DNA from: Hormiphora californensis
Taxonomy: Eukaryota; Animalia; Ctenophora
NCBI GenBank assembly: GCA_020137815.1
Contig: CM035351.1
Location: 3,844,001-3,908,000, forward strand
Direction of reading: 5' to 3'
DNA length: 64,000 bases
Below are positions 42,101 through 55,093 of this stretch, piece after piece (positions within the stretch are counted from its first letter, which is position 1; each line of letters begins with the position of its first letter). The translations under genes were made by a program, and so were the position numbers. The notes beneath the pieces were generated by a model that saw nothing but the letters and a program-made list of their open reading frames with translations, made no database searches and was not told where the DNA came from.

Positions 42101-43859
42101 GAAGCTATCATACCCCCTACCATTAATTATGTAAAGTGCTATATAAATTATTACCGAATCCCGTGTATGGGTAAGAGTTGTAGGTTGCCAGTCGTTGCTG
42201 CTTTTTCACATATCCATACACTGTGTAGTACCAGCCCCCTGATGAACACGAGTCCCTGTGTTCTTGGAGCTCGTACATGCAGTCAATAAGCTCCTGTGAG
42301 AGATATAACATGTCAGGAACCGAATACATGGTCCCTGATTGGCTAATAACCAGTCACGTGACCTAAATAACGAGTTCTGATTGGAGCTCGTACATGCAGT
42401 CAATCAGCTCGTGAGAGATACATGTGGTTAGAATGTTTGTGATATAGGGTAAACCGGGGCAATTCGAACAACTGGGGCAATTCGAACATAGTACTGCCCG
42501 TCTCTCACCTAGTTAAGCTATCATAATGACGTCATCCTATCTCCAGAAGAAAACTGCTCGTTCGAGCCTGCCCGTTACCACTAAATAGGCTCTAGATCCA
42601 AACCACTATCAGAACTATGAGAAATATTCAAAGATATATATACAGAGGTTTGAATAATATGTTATGGGACTAAAGTACATAGGGTAAACCGGGGCAAAAT
42701 GGTTAACTTTTTACTTAATCGGTTCTCGCTCCCATTTAAAAAAAGATACAATGAAAAAAATTATATAGGATTAAAGTTCATTATTTTATCTTTCAAATAA
42801 GATAAATTTCAACTCTAGGGACCATCATTTACTTAACTAAATAACTAATTTAAAAATTTTGGTCGGAAAAAATGGTACCGGGGCAATTCGGACAACACCA
42901 ATAGGAGTGCTTTATTTCGTCACGTGGGAGTCACGTGAACGTCCTCACAACACCAGAAGAAGATTCCCGCCTGGTGTTGTTAGAGGTGGGGGCAATTCGA
43001 ACAATGTAATCTACACGCAATCTACACGCTGGTCTTTCTTGTTCGAATTGCCCCGGTATCACGCGTGATCACGTGGTGCAAAGAACTGCACATCATTGGC
43101 CCGGGAGTTAACCAAATTGCCCCGGTGTGTTAACCAAATTGCCCATGTTCGAATTGCCCCGGTTGTTCGAATTGCCCCGGTAATCTTAATTTACCAGAAT
43201 TTGGAATGAAAACATGCGAATATTTAAATAATTTTTATACCATCTGAAAGCTGATATTATTAGCTTTCAGCTGGTTTTTTCAAATCGGAAATTGACCAAC
43301 TTAAACCGGATCTAGAGCCTATTTAGTGGTAACGGGCAGGCTCGAACGAGCAGTTTTCTTCTGGAGATAGGATGACGTCATTATGATAGCTTAACTAGGT
43401 GAGAGACGGGCAGTACTATGTTCGAATTGCCCCAGTTGTTCGAATTGCCCCGGTTTACCCTACGTATATTTTCGAGTTCTAACAGATAGATAGAGAATGG
43501 AGAATCTCTATCTCTATTAGAGATTGCTTTGAAGTTTTGAAGTGAGGCAATAAAATTCAAATAATATATTAATATCATGACTCATAGGAATATTATGACC
43601 GGGAAATGACTCCCCTGTCATCGTTTTTTTTCACATTCAATAGAGCTCTATTGTATTTACCGCGTCATACTCCGTACTTATAATGAGTCATAGTGACGTC
43701 ATAATTGCCAAGAATAGCCGTAGGGGAAGGACAGACGCAGAGACCGACAGTGGCGAGCGCGAGAGAGGAGAGAGAGAGAGAGAAGAGAGAATGAGAGAGA
43801 AGAAGAGAGATAGAGAGACAGACGGAGAGAGAGAGAGAGAGAGAGATAGCGAGAGAGAG

Positions 43860-43896
<37 letters not shown>

Positions 43897-44002
43897 ATAG
43901 AGAGTAGAGAGGCATAGATCAGAATCGATATAGAAAGCGCGAGAGACGACGCTCTCTGAGATGTATCTCAATCTCCCTCCTATCTTTTATCTCTCTCTCT
44001 CT

Positions 44003-44094
<92 letters not shown>

Positions 44095-47000
44095 TTCTCT
44101 TTCTCTCTCTCCCTCCCTCTCACTGGCTCTGGTCTTTTGTTAGTGATTCCATTGTGTTACAAAAGCATGAGCGTCAGCCACAAACATATTTGAGGAGTCC
44201 TTACCGCTCTGCATTTTCGTTTTTCATCAATACCAGGAATTTTCTTCTTTTGATAGTCTTAAACTCTCTTTTAACCGATATATAATTGATGTCTCCACTA
44301 CATATAACACTTAGTACAGCTTCGGTGGCCTTGTATACATGATCTGTTTAAAGCGCTTTCCTGGGGCTTATAACTGAGTTCAGGCCATAAATTATTCCAA
44401 AGGGTCCATTTGAGAATTCAATCTGGTTCCAGTTTGCATAAGCTTTTACACACCTCATGTTCATTGTTCTAAAAATTATAAACGGAAGTTCCGATACATT
44501 TATATCGGAAGTTCCCTCCCCTATTGTCGCCCCTATATTGTCAGTTATCTCCATTGTTTTTGGTATCTGGGGAAACTGCCATGATCTGGTAGTGGTCCAT
44601 GGGGGTATAACTGCTGTGTTATTGTCTTATTAAGCTGTTCTTTTGTATCTTTCTTTTTTCTCTCTCTCACTCTCTTTCTCTCTATCTCTCTATCTCTCTC
44701 TCTCACTCTCTCTTTCTCTCTATCTCGGTTAATTTCTCTCACGCTAGTGCTCCGTTAATAATGCAGTTATGACAGAGAAAGGTAGACCATCCAGCTATCT
44801 TGTTAGTTTACATGACTCATTTTGTCGGAGAAGGAGAGATCGTTTTATATTTGCAGATCAAATGACCCAGTCTTTTTTTGCAAAGCACTTATTCTATTTT
44901 TAGAATGCCATTATTTTGTGTTTGTTGTTTAATAAAATCCTGTAACTCTTCATAAAATACATAGATTCATCTGAATTACAGCGTAATATCCTAATCCCTC
45001 TCTCCATGTATAGGCCGTACTCTAGGCACACAGCATATGACATACCATAATTATAACTTAAGTACTTTACAATAGTGTCGGCTGCCACGACACACACACT
45101 GTAGTAGCAGTATAGTTGTGTAATAGTTGTGTATGCAGGCATGTTTTCCAGAGCTCCATAGATCTGAACTTTATACGAAACACTGATCCAGTGTGCTATG
45201 ATCTGGTTCTTCTGTAAATCTCTTGCATCCACAATTTACCTCTTTTCCTTGTGACTTGTGTGTATGTATTGCAAAACTAAGAGATTTCTTGGAATTTATA
45301 GCCATTGCTCCCTAAAGATTCCTTCCAATTTTAGACTGTCTAGACCTAACTGTTTACTTGAAGTTGAAAAAAGCAACTGTTCGGTTTGTCTCGTCTGGAA
45401 AGGCCCTTAGTCCACTAGTTTCTTTACCTGTTCAGAGAATGATTTCAGGTAACCGGTTTCCTGTTTGTAAGCACTTTCAATAGATCCAACCTAAAAGGAA
45501 TTGCAGGTCCATCATTAAAGTTGAGTAGTGTCACTGTCAGTTGAAATTGTTCGCCCCATGGGGCCCCAGGGACAAGCTGTTTAGTAGGATCAGTTTCACA
45601 ATTATTGTTCACATAGTGCAGGGTTCTGTATTGCCTTTACCAAGAAGGCAAATTTACATGGTTGTGAATGTGCAGGCACTTACCGCAGCGAACGCCCAGC
45701 AGCTTTTACACGCGTTTTGATTCTTCACAGGAGTCACAATACCAGTAGCACGGTGGTCTACCTAGATGGAGATGGGGATTGGGGCTGTTAGGCTAAATAT
45801 TCTATAACATAGTTCAAGCATCGAACTAATCGTGCAGGCTCTGTTTCTCGTAATATCTTGGCCATGAATATACGGTGTATCCCAATAATTTCAATTTACC
45901 TCCTCTGTACCACTAAGTGATTGGCCCAACAGGGGTTTATACAACTACTCTTTTTAAATCAGTGTTTACCTCATCAGGGAGTTCCACCATGTTGCTCATC
46001 TCATCTCGTTTGTGAACAGTTGTTACCTCCTCCATCTTCTTCATCTGCTCGGTAACGTTTCCCAGACCCAGATAGCTGTCCAACTCTGTGTCCGTCTGTG
46101 TGTGGGACGGGGTGAAACATACCATGAACAATGGATATTATATCCGGGGGGGGGGGGGGGATCAAAAGAGTGTGATCTATCCTCTTCCGTATACGTGTAA
46201 AATGATGTGTCGAGGTTTATACAAAACGTGGGATGTTTCTGACGTTATTCTCTTGCTCCATTGTAATAATAGAGCTCTGTTCCGAGTCACTGGATGGCCC
46301 TCTAGTCTCTCTTTCTATCTTTCTCTCTTTCTATCTCTTTCTCTCTTTCTATCTATCTTTCTATCTCTCTCTCTCTCTCTCTCTCTCGCTCTCTCTCTCT
46401 TTCTCTCTTTCTATCTCTCTCTCACTCTCTCTCTCTCTCACTCTCTGTGTGTTGTACCTGCCATTACTTCACCCAGAATATGCATCATTCATAAGTATAA
46501 GCCTAGCTCGCTGTTTACAAAGGCCTAGACTTTATACTTAAATGGTCCTGTTTATGCTCTAAAACTCTATTTTTAAGTCGAAATGATTCCTACATTGTAC
46601 CAAATGTGCCTAATCCTATTATTTGAATTCAACTTGATAAATTTGTAGTTTAAAATTGTTTAACTTACCAAGTCGCTGAATTTGTTAATTTCCATCTGAT
46701 AGAACGTGTTGTGGCCTCTGTTATGGTGTTTCACTTCCTCGTAGCGCTTCCTAAATTGTTGTAGCCTCATTTCCTCCTCCTGTCTGCTTGCGTACTTTCT
46801 ACCAAACTCTCTGTGATAAGTTATGTTACCATGGTAACAGTGTGATGATACGTAATGTTACCATGGTAACAGTGTGTGATACGTAATGTTACCATGGTAA
46901 CATTGTGGTGATACGTTAATCAATCGTTAATCAATCGAACGTCGAACTAAATTTTAGTAGGGGTGTAAGGAAAGATGATTTATAGAATTGTTGAAGGGAA

Positions 47001-47186
47001 TGTTTGAAAATTTAATGGAAACACAGCTGTATAGCTAACTGCGCTTCATTCAACTTACTTTTCAAATCTATCGAAGGCTTCTCTCGTTCTGAGTCCAAGG
47101 TGTATGTGATTGGCATATGTAGATTGGATGGTTAGCAGTACCAGGGTAACCAGGGTTTTTAGCAGGACGCTCAGGTTTACAATCAT
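36542..47186 (-). CDS. Papain-family (C1A, cathepsin L-like) cysteine protease with I29 propeptide, C-terminal F-type-lectin/discoidin-like domain and Cys-rich tail; 12 exons
   Basis: Signal peptide (47186-47059), propeptide EINKFSDL, QNACKSCWAF (~45761-45684), FSEQ|ELIDC, NHAVVLTG, WTIKN|SWGIDWGEQGY; then exons 39941-39806, 39629-39480, 36978-36755, 36618-36542 with matching phases (one indel needed near 41245). Confidence 0.88.
40122..41037. mobile_element. Mariner-like non-autonomous element with long (~130 bp) TIRs starting TTAGGTTG, TA TSD
   Basis: Ends are reverse complements; related subfamily copy at 51492-52580. Confidence 0.85.
41109..41180. mobile_element. Tiny MITE (72 bp, CTGTCTG family) with 8-bp TSD CTCAGAGA
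   Basis: Exact TSD at 41101-41108 and 41181-41188. Confidence 0.85.
42447..42599. mobile_element. Truncated, inverted right end of the GGGTAAACCGGGGCAA element
   Basis: Reverse complement of ~43309-43460. Confidence 0.8.
42682..43460. mobile_element. Second full copy of the GGGTAAACCGGGGCAA element, TA TSD
   Basis: Near-identical to 8118-8874 with one extra internal repeat unit. Confidence 0.9.
46825..46901. repeat. Three ~31-bp tandem units each containing the palindrome GTTACCATGGTAAC
   Basis: Copies at 46825, 46857, 46888 in the first intron of the protease gene. Confidence 0.85.
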
Positions 47187-48408
47187 GATATATCGTTCTG
47201 GGGAACAGAAATAAAAGTAGTTAGCTTAGTAGTAGAATTCTTTATCGTTCCTTGTAAATATATGCAAATATGTAAATATGATCATAGAATGTTGAATAAA
47301 AGTAGCTCAACTGCTATAGTAGTTCAACTTTGTTTTGTTCAAACAAGGCAAGTTCAACTGGCGCATAGCGATTTTGGCGAAAGCAGCTACAAAGTCAGGT
47401 CAATGGTAGTAAGGCATATCACAGTGGCCACGTTGCCCGGGTTAAAAATAGGATTACAGCATAATGGCCTTTAAAACATAAGGTAGCTTCTACAGCTGAA
47501 GGGCCTCTATTTTATCCCATTCCCATAGTATAAGATGAACACACAGAGCTGGTCCAGGCTATTGTTATAAAGAAGAAAATCTAATCACAGAGCTCTTGCA
47601 ATTAGATTTGGCTGCATATTTCTGGGATCCTGACATTCTAAAACCAGATGAAGATGGTCAGGGTGTAGTAGTGATCTTTTGGGTGGAAGAGAGAGAGGCT
47701 AGGGGAGAGGAATGAGCAATAATCCCCATACCTACAGACATGTGACCATGCGAATTTACGTCTGCGGAATGGAAATTAGACCCGAGGTGGGTGGTCCAAA
47801 CAGTTCAAATCTAAATTAGGATATGATTATCACGATATCACTACAGGCAATCCCTAAATTCCAAAGGGGGAGAAGGTCGAGGTATGCATATGTTCAAGTG
47901 TTTTACATTCCATATAAAGATCACTAAAATAATAAAGTTAATGGTAAGATCACAGCAATAATATATAGACCCCGCCGGCTCAAATAGACGCACGGCGCGC
48001 TCAAACAATTTGCACTGGTCTATTGGGCCGTGCACTGCCGTAAGTTTGTGTCTCGATAGACGCACGCCCTCTGACAGATTTGTGTAAAGATCACAAAGAA
48101 TCACTGGAAACACGATAAAATGACTTGGTAACTCAAGAGGGAGTGTGTGCACAACCTACAACGCTCTCTGTCTAGATTTGGCGCCCGCCAGTCTGTTGCA
48201 ACTGTTGCTCATGACCCACAATTAACTGTAATCTCTCTCTGCATTCCACGCTTTGAAACTGTTACAACGATTGTTACGAGTGTGTAGGAATGTAGAGAGG
48301 CACTCTGTAGCTTCATTTCTAACTGTTTGACCCGTTTTGTGTGAGCTCTCTGTGTGTCAACCACCTAATTTGTGCTTGTTTTGCTTCTAGGTGCCCGCCA
48401 GCGGGGTC

Positions 48409-48591
48409 TATAGAACACAACTCCCTCCCTTACGTGCAGATATACCTGTAAACCCCTCGCTGACGCTCGGGATTTACAGGGCTGTAACGCACGGGTCCCT
48501 TCGGGACCCGTGCATTACAGCTCAATAGACGCACTGCTCTGCAGTGCGTCTATTGAATAGATGCCCGCGCGGGAGGGAGTTATGTACTATA
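48409..48591. other. Multi-hairpin structured element (outer 21-bp stem enclosing three hairpins)
   Basis: Stems 48409-48429/48571-48591, 48445-48480, 48481-48521, 48522-48556 read directly. Confidence 0.75.
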
Positions 48592-51491
48592 TAAGGGGTG
48601 AATAATATGATCACAGCAATTAACGTATAACTTTGTGGGAGCAGTATCAAAACTGACTATCAAATAGGCACTACGCCGCCCGGATATTTCAGACTTCAGT
48701 ATCCCGAATCGTTAGTTCCGATTGAATAATAATGAGAGTAACTCAGTCAAATTAGTTTACCAGAATCTCGATTTACTGGGACCGGACGGATAGATATCTC
48801 CTGAGCTTTAGTGTTATTTCACATCTATCATATACCGTGCAAAATCTCTTCGCCCGACGAGTCCCGGAAATCGAGGTTTGACTAATAATATAAGAGTGTT
48901 GAATAGGTTGTTGAGCAAGTATTTAGTTGATGACTAGTGTTGATGTTTGAGGCGTTTGATTTACTGTCCCTCATTGTTGAGTTACTCAACAAGTCCCTCC
49001 GCGGTCTAATATGGAGGTCCACGATAAGTAATAACACCGATAAGAGAAGCATTGCACGATGCAGCTGGAGCGTCGTACTGACTTTAATCCTAAATCCTAA
49101 ACTGCACACAGATCCTAATTCTCACGAAGTGCATGGATCCTAATTCTCAGCATCTCACACGCCCACATCTCTAACAGTACCGCGGGTGAGGTGGTTTGAA
49201 TGGCTTCCCTCAGATGAAGAACCTATAATACTAATATAGTAGTAATATATAATAGTCTAGCTTGATGAAGACGATCCCCATGTGGTCTAGAAGTTATCAG
49301 TCTAGCATTACACAAGGCTCTGGCCGCGTCTAGTACTACTGAGTACCATATGGAGAGAAGACCTCTCAGGGTAGTAGGTACCCTAGCATAATAACCCGCA
49401 TGTCTAGTTGGCCTTAGTACGAGGGGGGCTTCTGCCCCAAATCTCATTTGGGTCATCCCTACTTTTCGGGCCGTCCATCGCTTTCTCCCGCTCTAGGGTT
49501 CCTAACAAGGTTTCAAGTTCATAGCAACTAGCAAGTGCACTCAAATCAAATGTCTAGCTGCCATATAAAGAGGTCTGTATAACTTCTGGGAAGTCGTTGC
49601 TGCAGGAAAGTTAGGGGAAGTTAGGGGAAGTTAGATACTACTGATTCGATAAAACTACTGATTCGGTAGTACTGAATATCGCTTAATTTGTCACGCGGCC
49701 GGCCTTCTTCTAGCGTGTGTATCAAAGCTAGGGGGGGGATGAGCCAATACTAAATCATGATATCTGAGACTCGTGTGAACTATACATTAAAGCAAAAAGT
49801 AATATGCATAATTGCATATCAATAAGTAGAAACATCTATTAGACATCTAATGATAGCGGGTGTGATATCTGTGGTATGCATGGCTGCTGTTCGGGTACAG
49901 CAGCCATGATTCAGCCTGCAGCTCGACAAGGCATCTGGGTTGAGGAATTCAGGTTCTGACTGTCATGGTCTGGAAATCCTTAGCTCAACAGACCTTTATT
50001 AAATTAGCTTTTGAATACAACACAACCCCCACGCAACCCGAAGCTTTCTATCTTAACGGAAAGTCTAGGCTTTGAGCCAGAATATTTCGAAATACAGGCC
50101 TCTGATTGGCTCGCACACCGAAAAAATGACCAAAAATTCATGTCTCATTTAAATGAGGGCTCATAAGACTAGACTTCCTGATAAGACAGAATGCTAAATC
50201 TGATTGTATTGGATTCTCAGAAAAGCTTGATTCAGTAAAGCTCTGTTGAGCCAGTTTCCTTATAGAAACTGGTCTGGCCCATCTCATTCCCAACAGACCA
50301 CTGCACTCACAGACACTAACGATTATCAAACTAACTCAATGTCAAATGTCTTAGGGTTAATGCAGTAGTAGTCTCGGTTATAGGAGAGCGTTATAAAGCT
50401 GTTACAATTGCTACGCCGGCGGGGGTAAGAGCTGCCATGTCACACGCACTGTCCGCGTCAAATCCAGAGACCTAACAACTGCAGCGATCATGATCTCATA
50501 TAATGTTATCTTGCAGGGTTGTATTAGCAGCTCCCTCCCTGTGGTGAGCTAATTTAGCTCACCACAGGGAGGGAACTAGGTCTAATAAGAGTGGCGATTA
50601 GTTATCGATTAAATGGTGCTATAGGGTTAGATTCAAGATAGATATAAGACACTCTACAAGTGCATGTCAAGAAAGTGTCGGTGCTACAGTGATATTCTCT
50701 TTATCTCTCCCTCAGTGGTACATCATCACTACAACACTTGTGTGCCACAGTGAGTGATGAGTTAGAAGCCCTGTGGTGTAAACAACTCTCTCTCAGCTCT
50801 CTTGCTAAACTGTAGCTAGACACACTTTGGCCGTTGAATGAATTTTATGAACTGTCGCCGCTCAACACGATTATTGAACTTCAATTGTGCTGAGCCGGAC
50901 AATTTGAAGTGCATGGGTGATTCGAGAGTTAGGCAGAATTATACTCTCGTTTATGCTACAATGAGACAATACGGCACCAATCCCCTAAACTCGTTAAGTC
51001 CAAATCCTATCAGACCTTATAGCCGTTTGTTCTTTACTCCGACTCGCACGAATAAGCTGAAATATGGGTCCCAGTGTCCCACAGATTATGAAATAAATCC
51101 CTAGAAAAATGGCCTAAGAAAATGAGAATTTTGGACAAATGCCTTCTATTCTTACCAAAAAAGAGGTGTAATTAAGATTTTATTCGTTTTCAGCCACGTG
51201 CCCCTTATCACATGCAGCATTTTAACTTCTGAAGAACAACGAAAAGACACGAGTTTTTGTGCTCATGTCTTCTGAATATGAGCGTTAGAAAATCTAGACA
51301 GTCACGCAAATTAGGTGGCAAATACGCGGAAAAGATTCCGCTGTCTTCTGAACCGTAAAACTAGACACTATTACGTAAACTTTTTTGTTTGATGGAAGGT
51401 GAAGAAAGTAGTTATGCTTGACTGAAACAGCCAAACTTTTTAGTTCTTGGCTAAAACTTTGAGCAACAAGCACTATTGCATTGCTAGAATA

Positions 51492-52580
51492 TTAGGTCAT
51501 CCAGTATTGATTGTCGTTGGGCTTTTATAGGAAAACGGTTTGAGATATAGCAAAATGGACTTCACCACCGTTCTTCTCACTCGATTTTGGATCGGAATAC
51601 AATGCCTGATATTGGAATATGGTTGTTCTCGGTTCCCAGCAGGGTATTTTCTCTACCCCACTCTTGTTGCCGCTGCAAGGGGTTACCAACCTTTTTAAAA
51701 CGAGTCTCTAGGAAAACTGGTACAGTCGGACCCCGATTTAGGGACACCCTCGGGGGAAAGGCTCTTGTCCACTAAATCGGGGTGTCCACTAAATCGGGGT
51801 CAAATAAGGTTAATTTCCTATATCGGGGGAATAAAATCCTGTCCCTAAATCGGGGTGCCACTAAATCGGGGGCCCCTAAATCGGGGTCCGACTGTACATT
51901 CTTTTAAGCTCCCATGGTGCTTAATCGATAGCAAATCGTCCAAGGATGATTTATATGTGCGATTCAAGTCTCTGCGAGTTCACTAATAACCTCTAAAGCA
52001 GCAAATGTTACACAAAAAAGCGAAAAAGTGAACAAAAAACTGGCCCGTTTCGGGGGTTTGTTCGAAAACATCAATTAGTCAATTTCAAAGTCAACAAATT
52101 ACATAATTGGCTTCACTATGTCTTAGAACTTACTTAGAACTATCTTTTACTGCAGAGTTTTTGATTATGAGCCAATCCTGATGAGACCCGGAAGTGAAAG
52201 TTTTTAATTTTTACCAAAACTTTTTGGAGGCCAATTGCTCAGTGAAAAAACAAAAGTAGGATGTTTTATTACATCTGAAACGATAGATAATTTTCTAATG
52301 AACAAGCTTGATGCAACAAAACATCACTCAGGTACCATTATCAAGAAGTACAGCAGCTTTAGTTCTTAAACTCGAAAATTGCAATTTTCCATTTGCAGCG
52401 GCAACAAGAGTGGGGTAGAGAAAATTGTCTGGTGGGAACCGAGAACAACCATATTCCAATATCAGGCATTGTATTCCGATCCAAAATCGAGTGAGAAAAA
52501 CAGTGGTGAAGTCCATTTTGCTATATCTCAAACCATTTTTCCTATAAAAGCCCAACGACAATCAATACTGGATGACCTAA
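51492..52580. mobile_element. Mariner-like non-autonomous element (TIR TTAGGTCATCCAGTATTGATTGTCG), TA TSD, carrying a nested MITE
   Basis: Long TIRs; interior is an inverted homolog of 40122-41037. Confidence 0.85.
51723..51894. mobile_element. CAGTCGGACCCCG MITE, inverted copy, TA TSD
   Basis: Reverse complement of 971-1142; empty site visible in the paralogous element at ~40800-40815. Confidence 0.9.
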
Positions 52581-55093
52581 TATATGAAACTGCATGGACG
52601 TGTATATTGCCAAAATTTCGTAAATTATTCCTAGTCCAACCTGAGGCTGCATAACGGTAGTAGCTGACACGCTCGAACTTGCCCGCAAGGTAATCTCGTT
52701 ACCAAGGCCAAGCTATAGTCTATAAGATTGACGAATCGTGGGCGATTGGCAGAGAGAGATATTGGGTAGAAAAGAGAACTAACCAAGAAGGACAGAAGGG
52801 TAGGATATAGTTTAGACAGGATAATTCATCAACATATCATTCCATATTCAAGCTAGGGGGATAAGGAATTGTAGGCTTGACAGTTCTGCCGTGCTATATC
52901 GTCTAGACTCCCAAATCGAACTTTCGCCGGCCACGCACTATACGATTAGGTATGGACAATGTCCATTGGACATAACTGTGGAGCCGACTAATGGCTAAAG
53001 TTCTTAAAGCCAGGGGCTTTGCGGTATACTGATGGATATAATGTCAAAATGCCTTTTCAAAAGGCGGTACGTTGTGTTTGATATCTCTCAGATTCTCAGA
53101 AATGAGAAAACAAGGATTATAGGCATTGCCGAACCCTGGAAAAATTTGTCAGAGCATGACCCTATTCTCATTTCTTTCGGAGTGCACGAGAACTGTGGTC
53201 ACTGACAGCGAACTCTAGAACTCTAGAACAATAATAATAATAATACTTCATGGTCATGTTGACTAGCTCTGCACTTATGAGATAGTTAGCACTATTCAGT
53301 GCGTAGTATACACCTTTTCTCCTCCTTTTCTTCTCCTTTCTCTCTATCTGTCTTTGGCTCTTTCTATCTCTTTCTAGCTCTCTCTGTCTCTCTTATCTAG
53401 ATATCCGACTACTAAACACACGTCACAAGTTGCACTTTATTACTTGTTGAAGGTTGCATAGGATAAACTATGTGAAATTAAGAATTCGATAGGGTCCCGA
53501 CTCGCGGGCCTCAGGCGCAAGTTATTTACGGCACGACAAAAGGGCCCTATATATGTTGAGCCGTCGGGGAAAAGGCATTTCAAAGTACTAAAATAACAAA
53601 CTTGGCGGCACTTTGTTTGTATAACAAGATCAGTGGACCCGGCGTAGCTAAAAAAGTTTTAAATTTGACAAATTGGAGCATCTAATTATTTTACTGTACT
53701 TTTGCCGAAAGGAACTATGATGGAGATCACTATGGAACTATGACAAAGTGTAACGTCATGGTGTTGGCAGTAGACACGTTGGCATGGTTACCTAGTAAAC
53801 GCAGGATCAAGGGGCAAAGTACTGAGGTATCCTGAGGCTGAGAATCATGAATAGTTTCTAAGCCTATTGCAATACGTGGACAGAATTCTAGCAAGTAGCC
53901 TATCTCAACCCGCCAGGTTTATGGCTCTTGATTGCAGGCCGCCAAGTGCTTAGTGAAATAGTATCTGATATACGTGACATACCAAAGGGTGGGTGGGTGT
54001 TTGAATCGATAACGATGGGGGGAGGAGGAGCTAATTTTGTGCGATTCTATTGCAACAGACTACAAGGTGTTAGATATCTAGCTCTAGGCAATATAATAAT
54101 CAGTACTGCTGCAGGAGGAGCATGTAGAATACTACTGCAGCAGCAGCAGGCTACTATAACTTATACAGAGTCGAATCTCTGGGTTATCGATAGTAGACTT
54201 GGTTTCCTCTTAATGCCATTCTAACCGTCACTCTAAAACAATGCGGAGAGTCACAATGGGGTACTGTGTTTCAGGAAATTATTAGAAATCAAGGGAGACA
54301 GTGTTCTAGAACATAGATTATAGAAAGGACGGAACCCCCGGGCACACACACCGACATGGTGTGATGATCCTAGTGCTAATATATATTAGGGTTCACTAAA
54401 CATATGTCATATATAAATTACTAACTAGTTAGCCAGAAAGTCCTCAACTAATATATAGTGTTGCATCATGTGACGTGTTATATCAGGCCATGTGTGTTGT
54501 AAGGGGTGAGAGAAGAGTGAGAATGCAAGATGAGGTTAATTTATAGTGCTATTGAGGTCGCCGCGACATACAATCTACTAGTGGGAGAGAGAGAATTGTA
54601 GTAATATGAGTGAGAGTTGTAGTAGGAGTTAGGAATTCTAGAGTTGAATCCTCTGCAAGATGGCGCTGTTGACGATAATCATCATTTGGGCGATAAAAAC
54701 CTAAAATAGGGATGACAGTTGTCCCATGCCCCAGCTAGGATTTAATTCTCAATCCAGTTCAGCCATACCGGCTACTAGACAAAGACGACTCTGAACAGGA
54801 CTCTATCTCTACTGACTGTGAATATATTATGTGATCTAATATATGTTCACAGCTTCGGCTACTAAATACAATGATGAAGTTTGACAATGACATATACCAT
54901 ACCACTCCCATATTTCTCGTAATCGTCGCGGACCATGACACGACGTCACCCGTTTAGGTACAAAGCCACTGAACCGCTCTCTAACCATGCCCCCTCCTCC
55001 ACTATCTCTCTCTCTAACCATGCCCCCGTCTCTTTAGCTGTTGTCTGCATGTCATGAGTTAGCGTGGGAGTGGATGTGATCTCTACCAACAGC

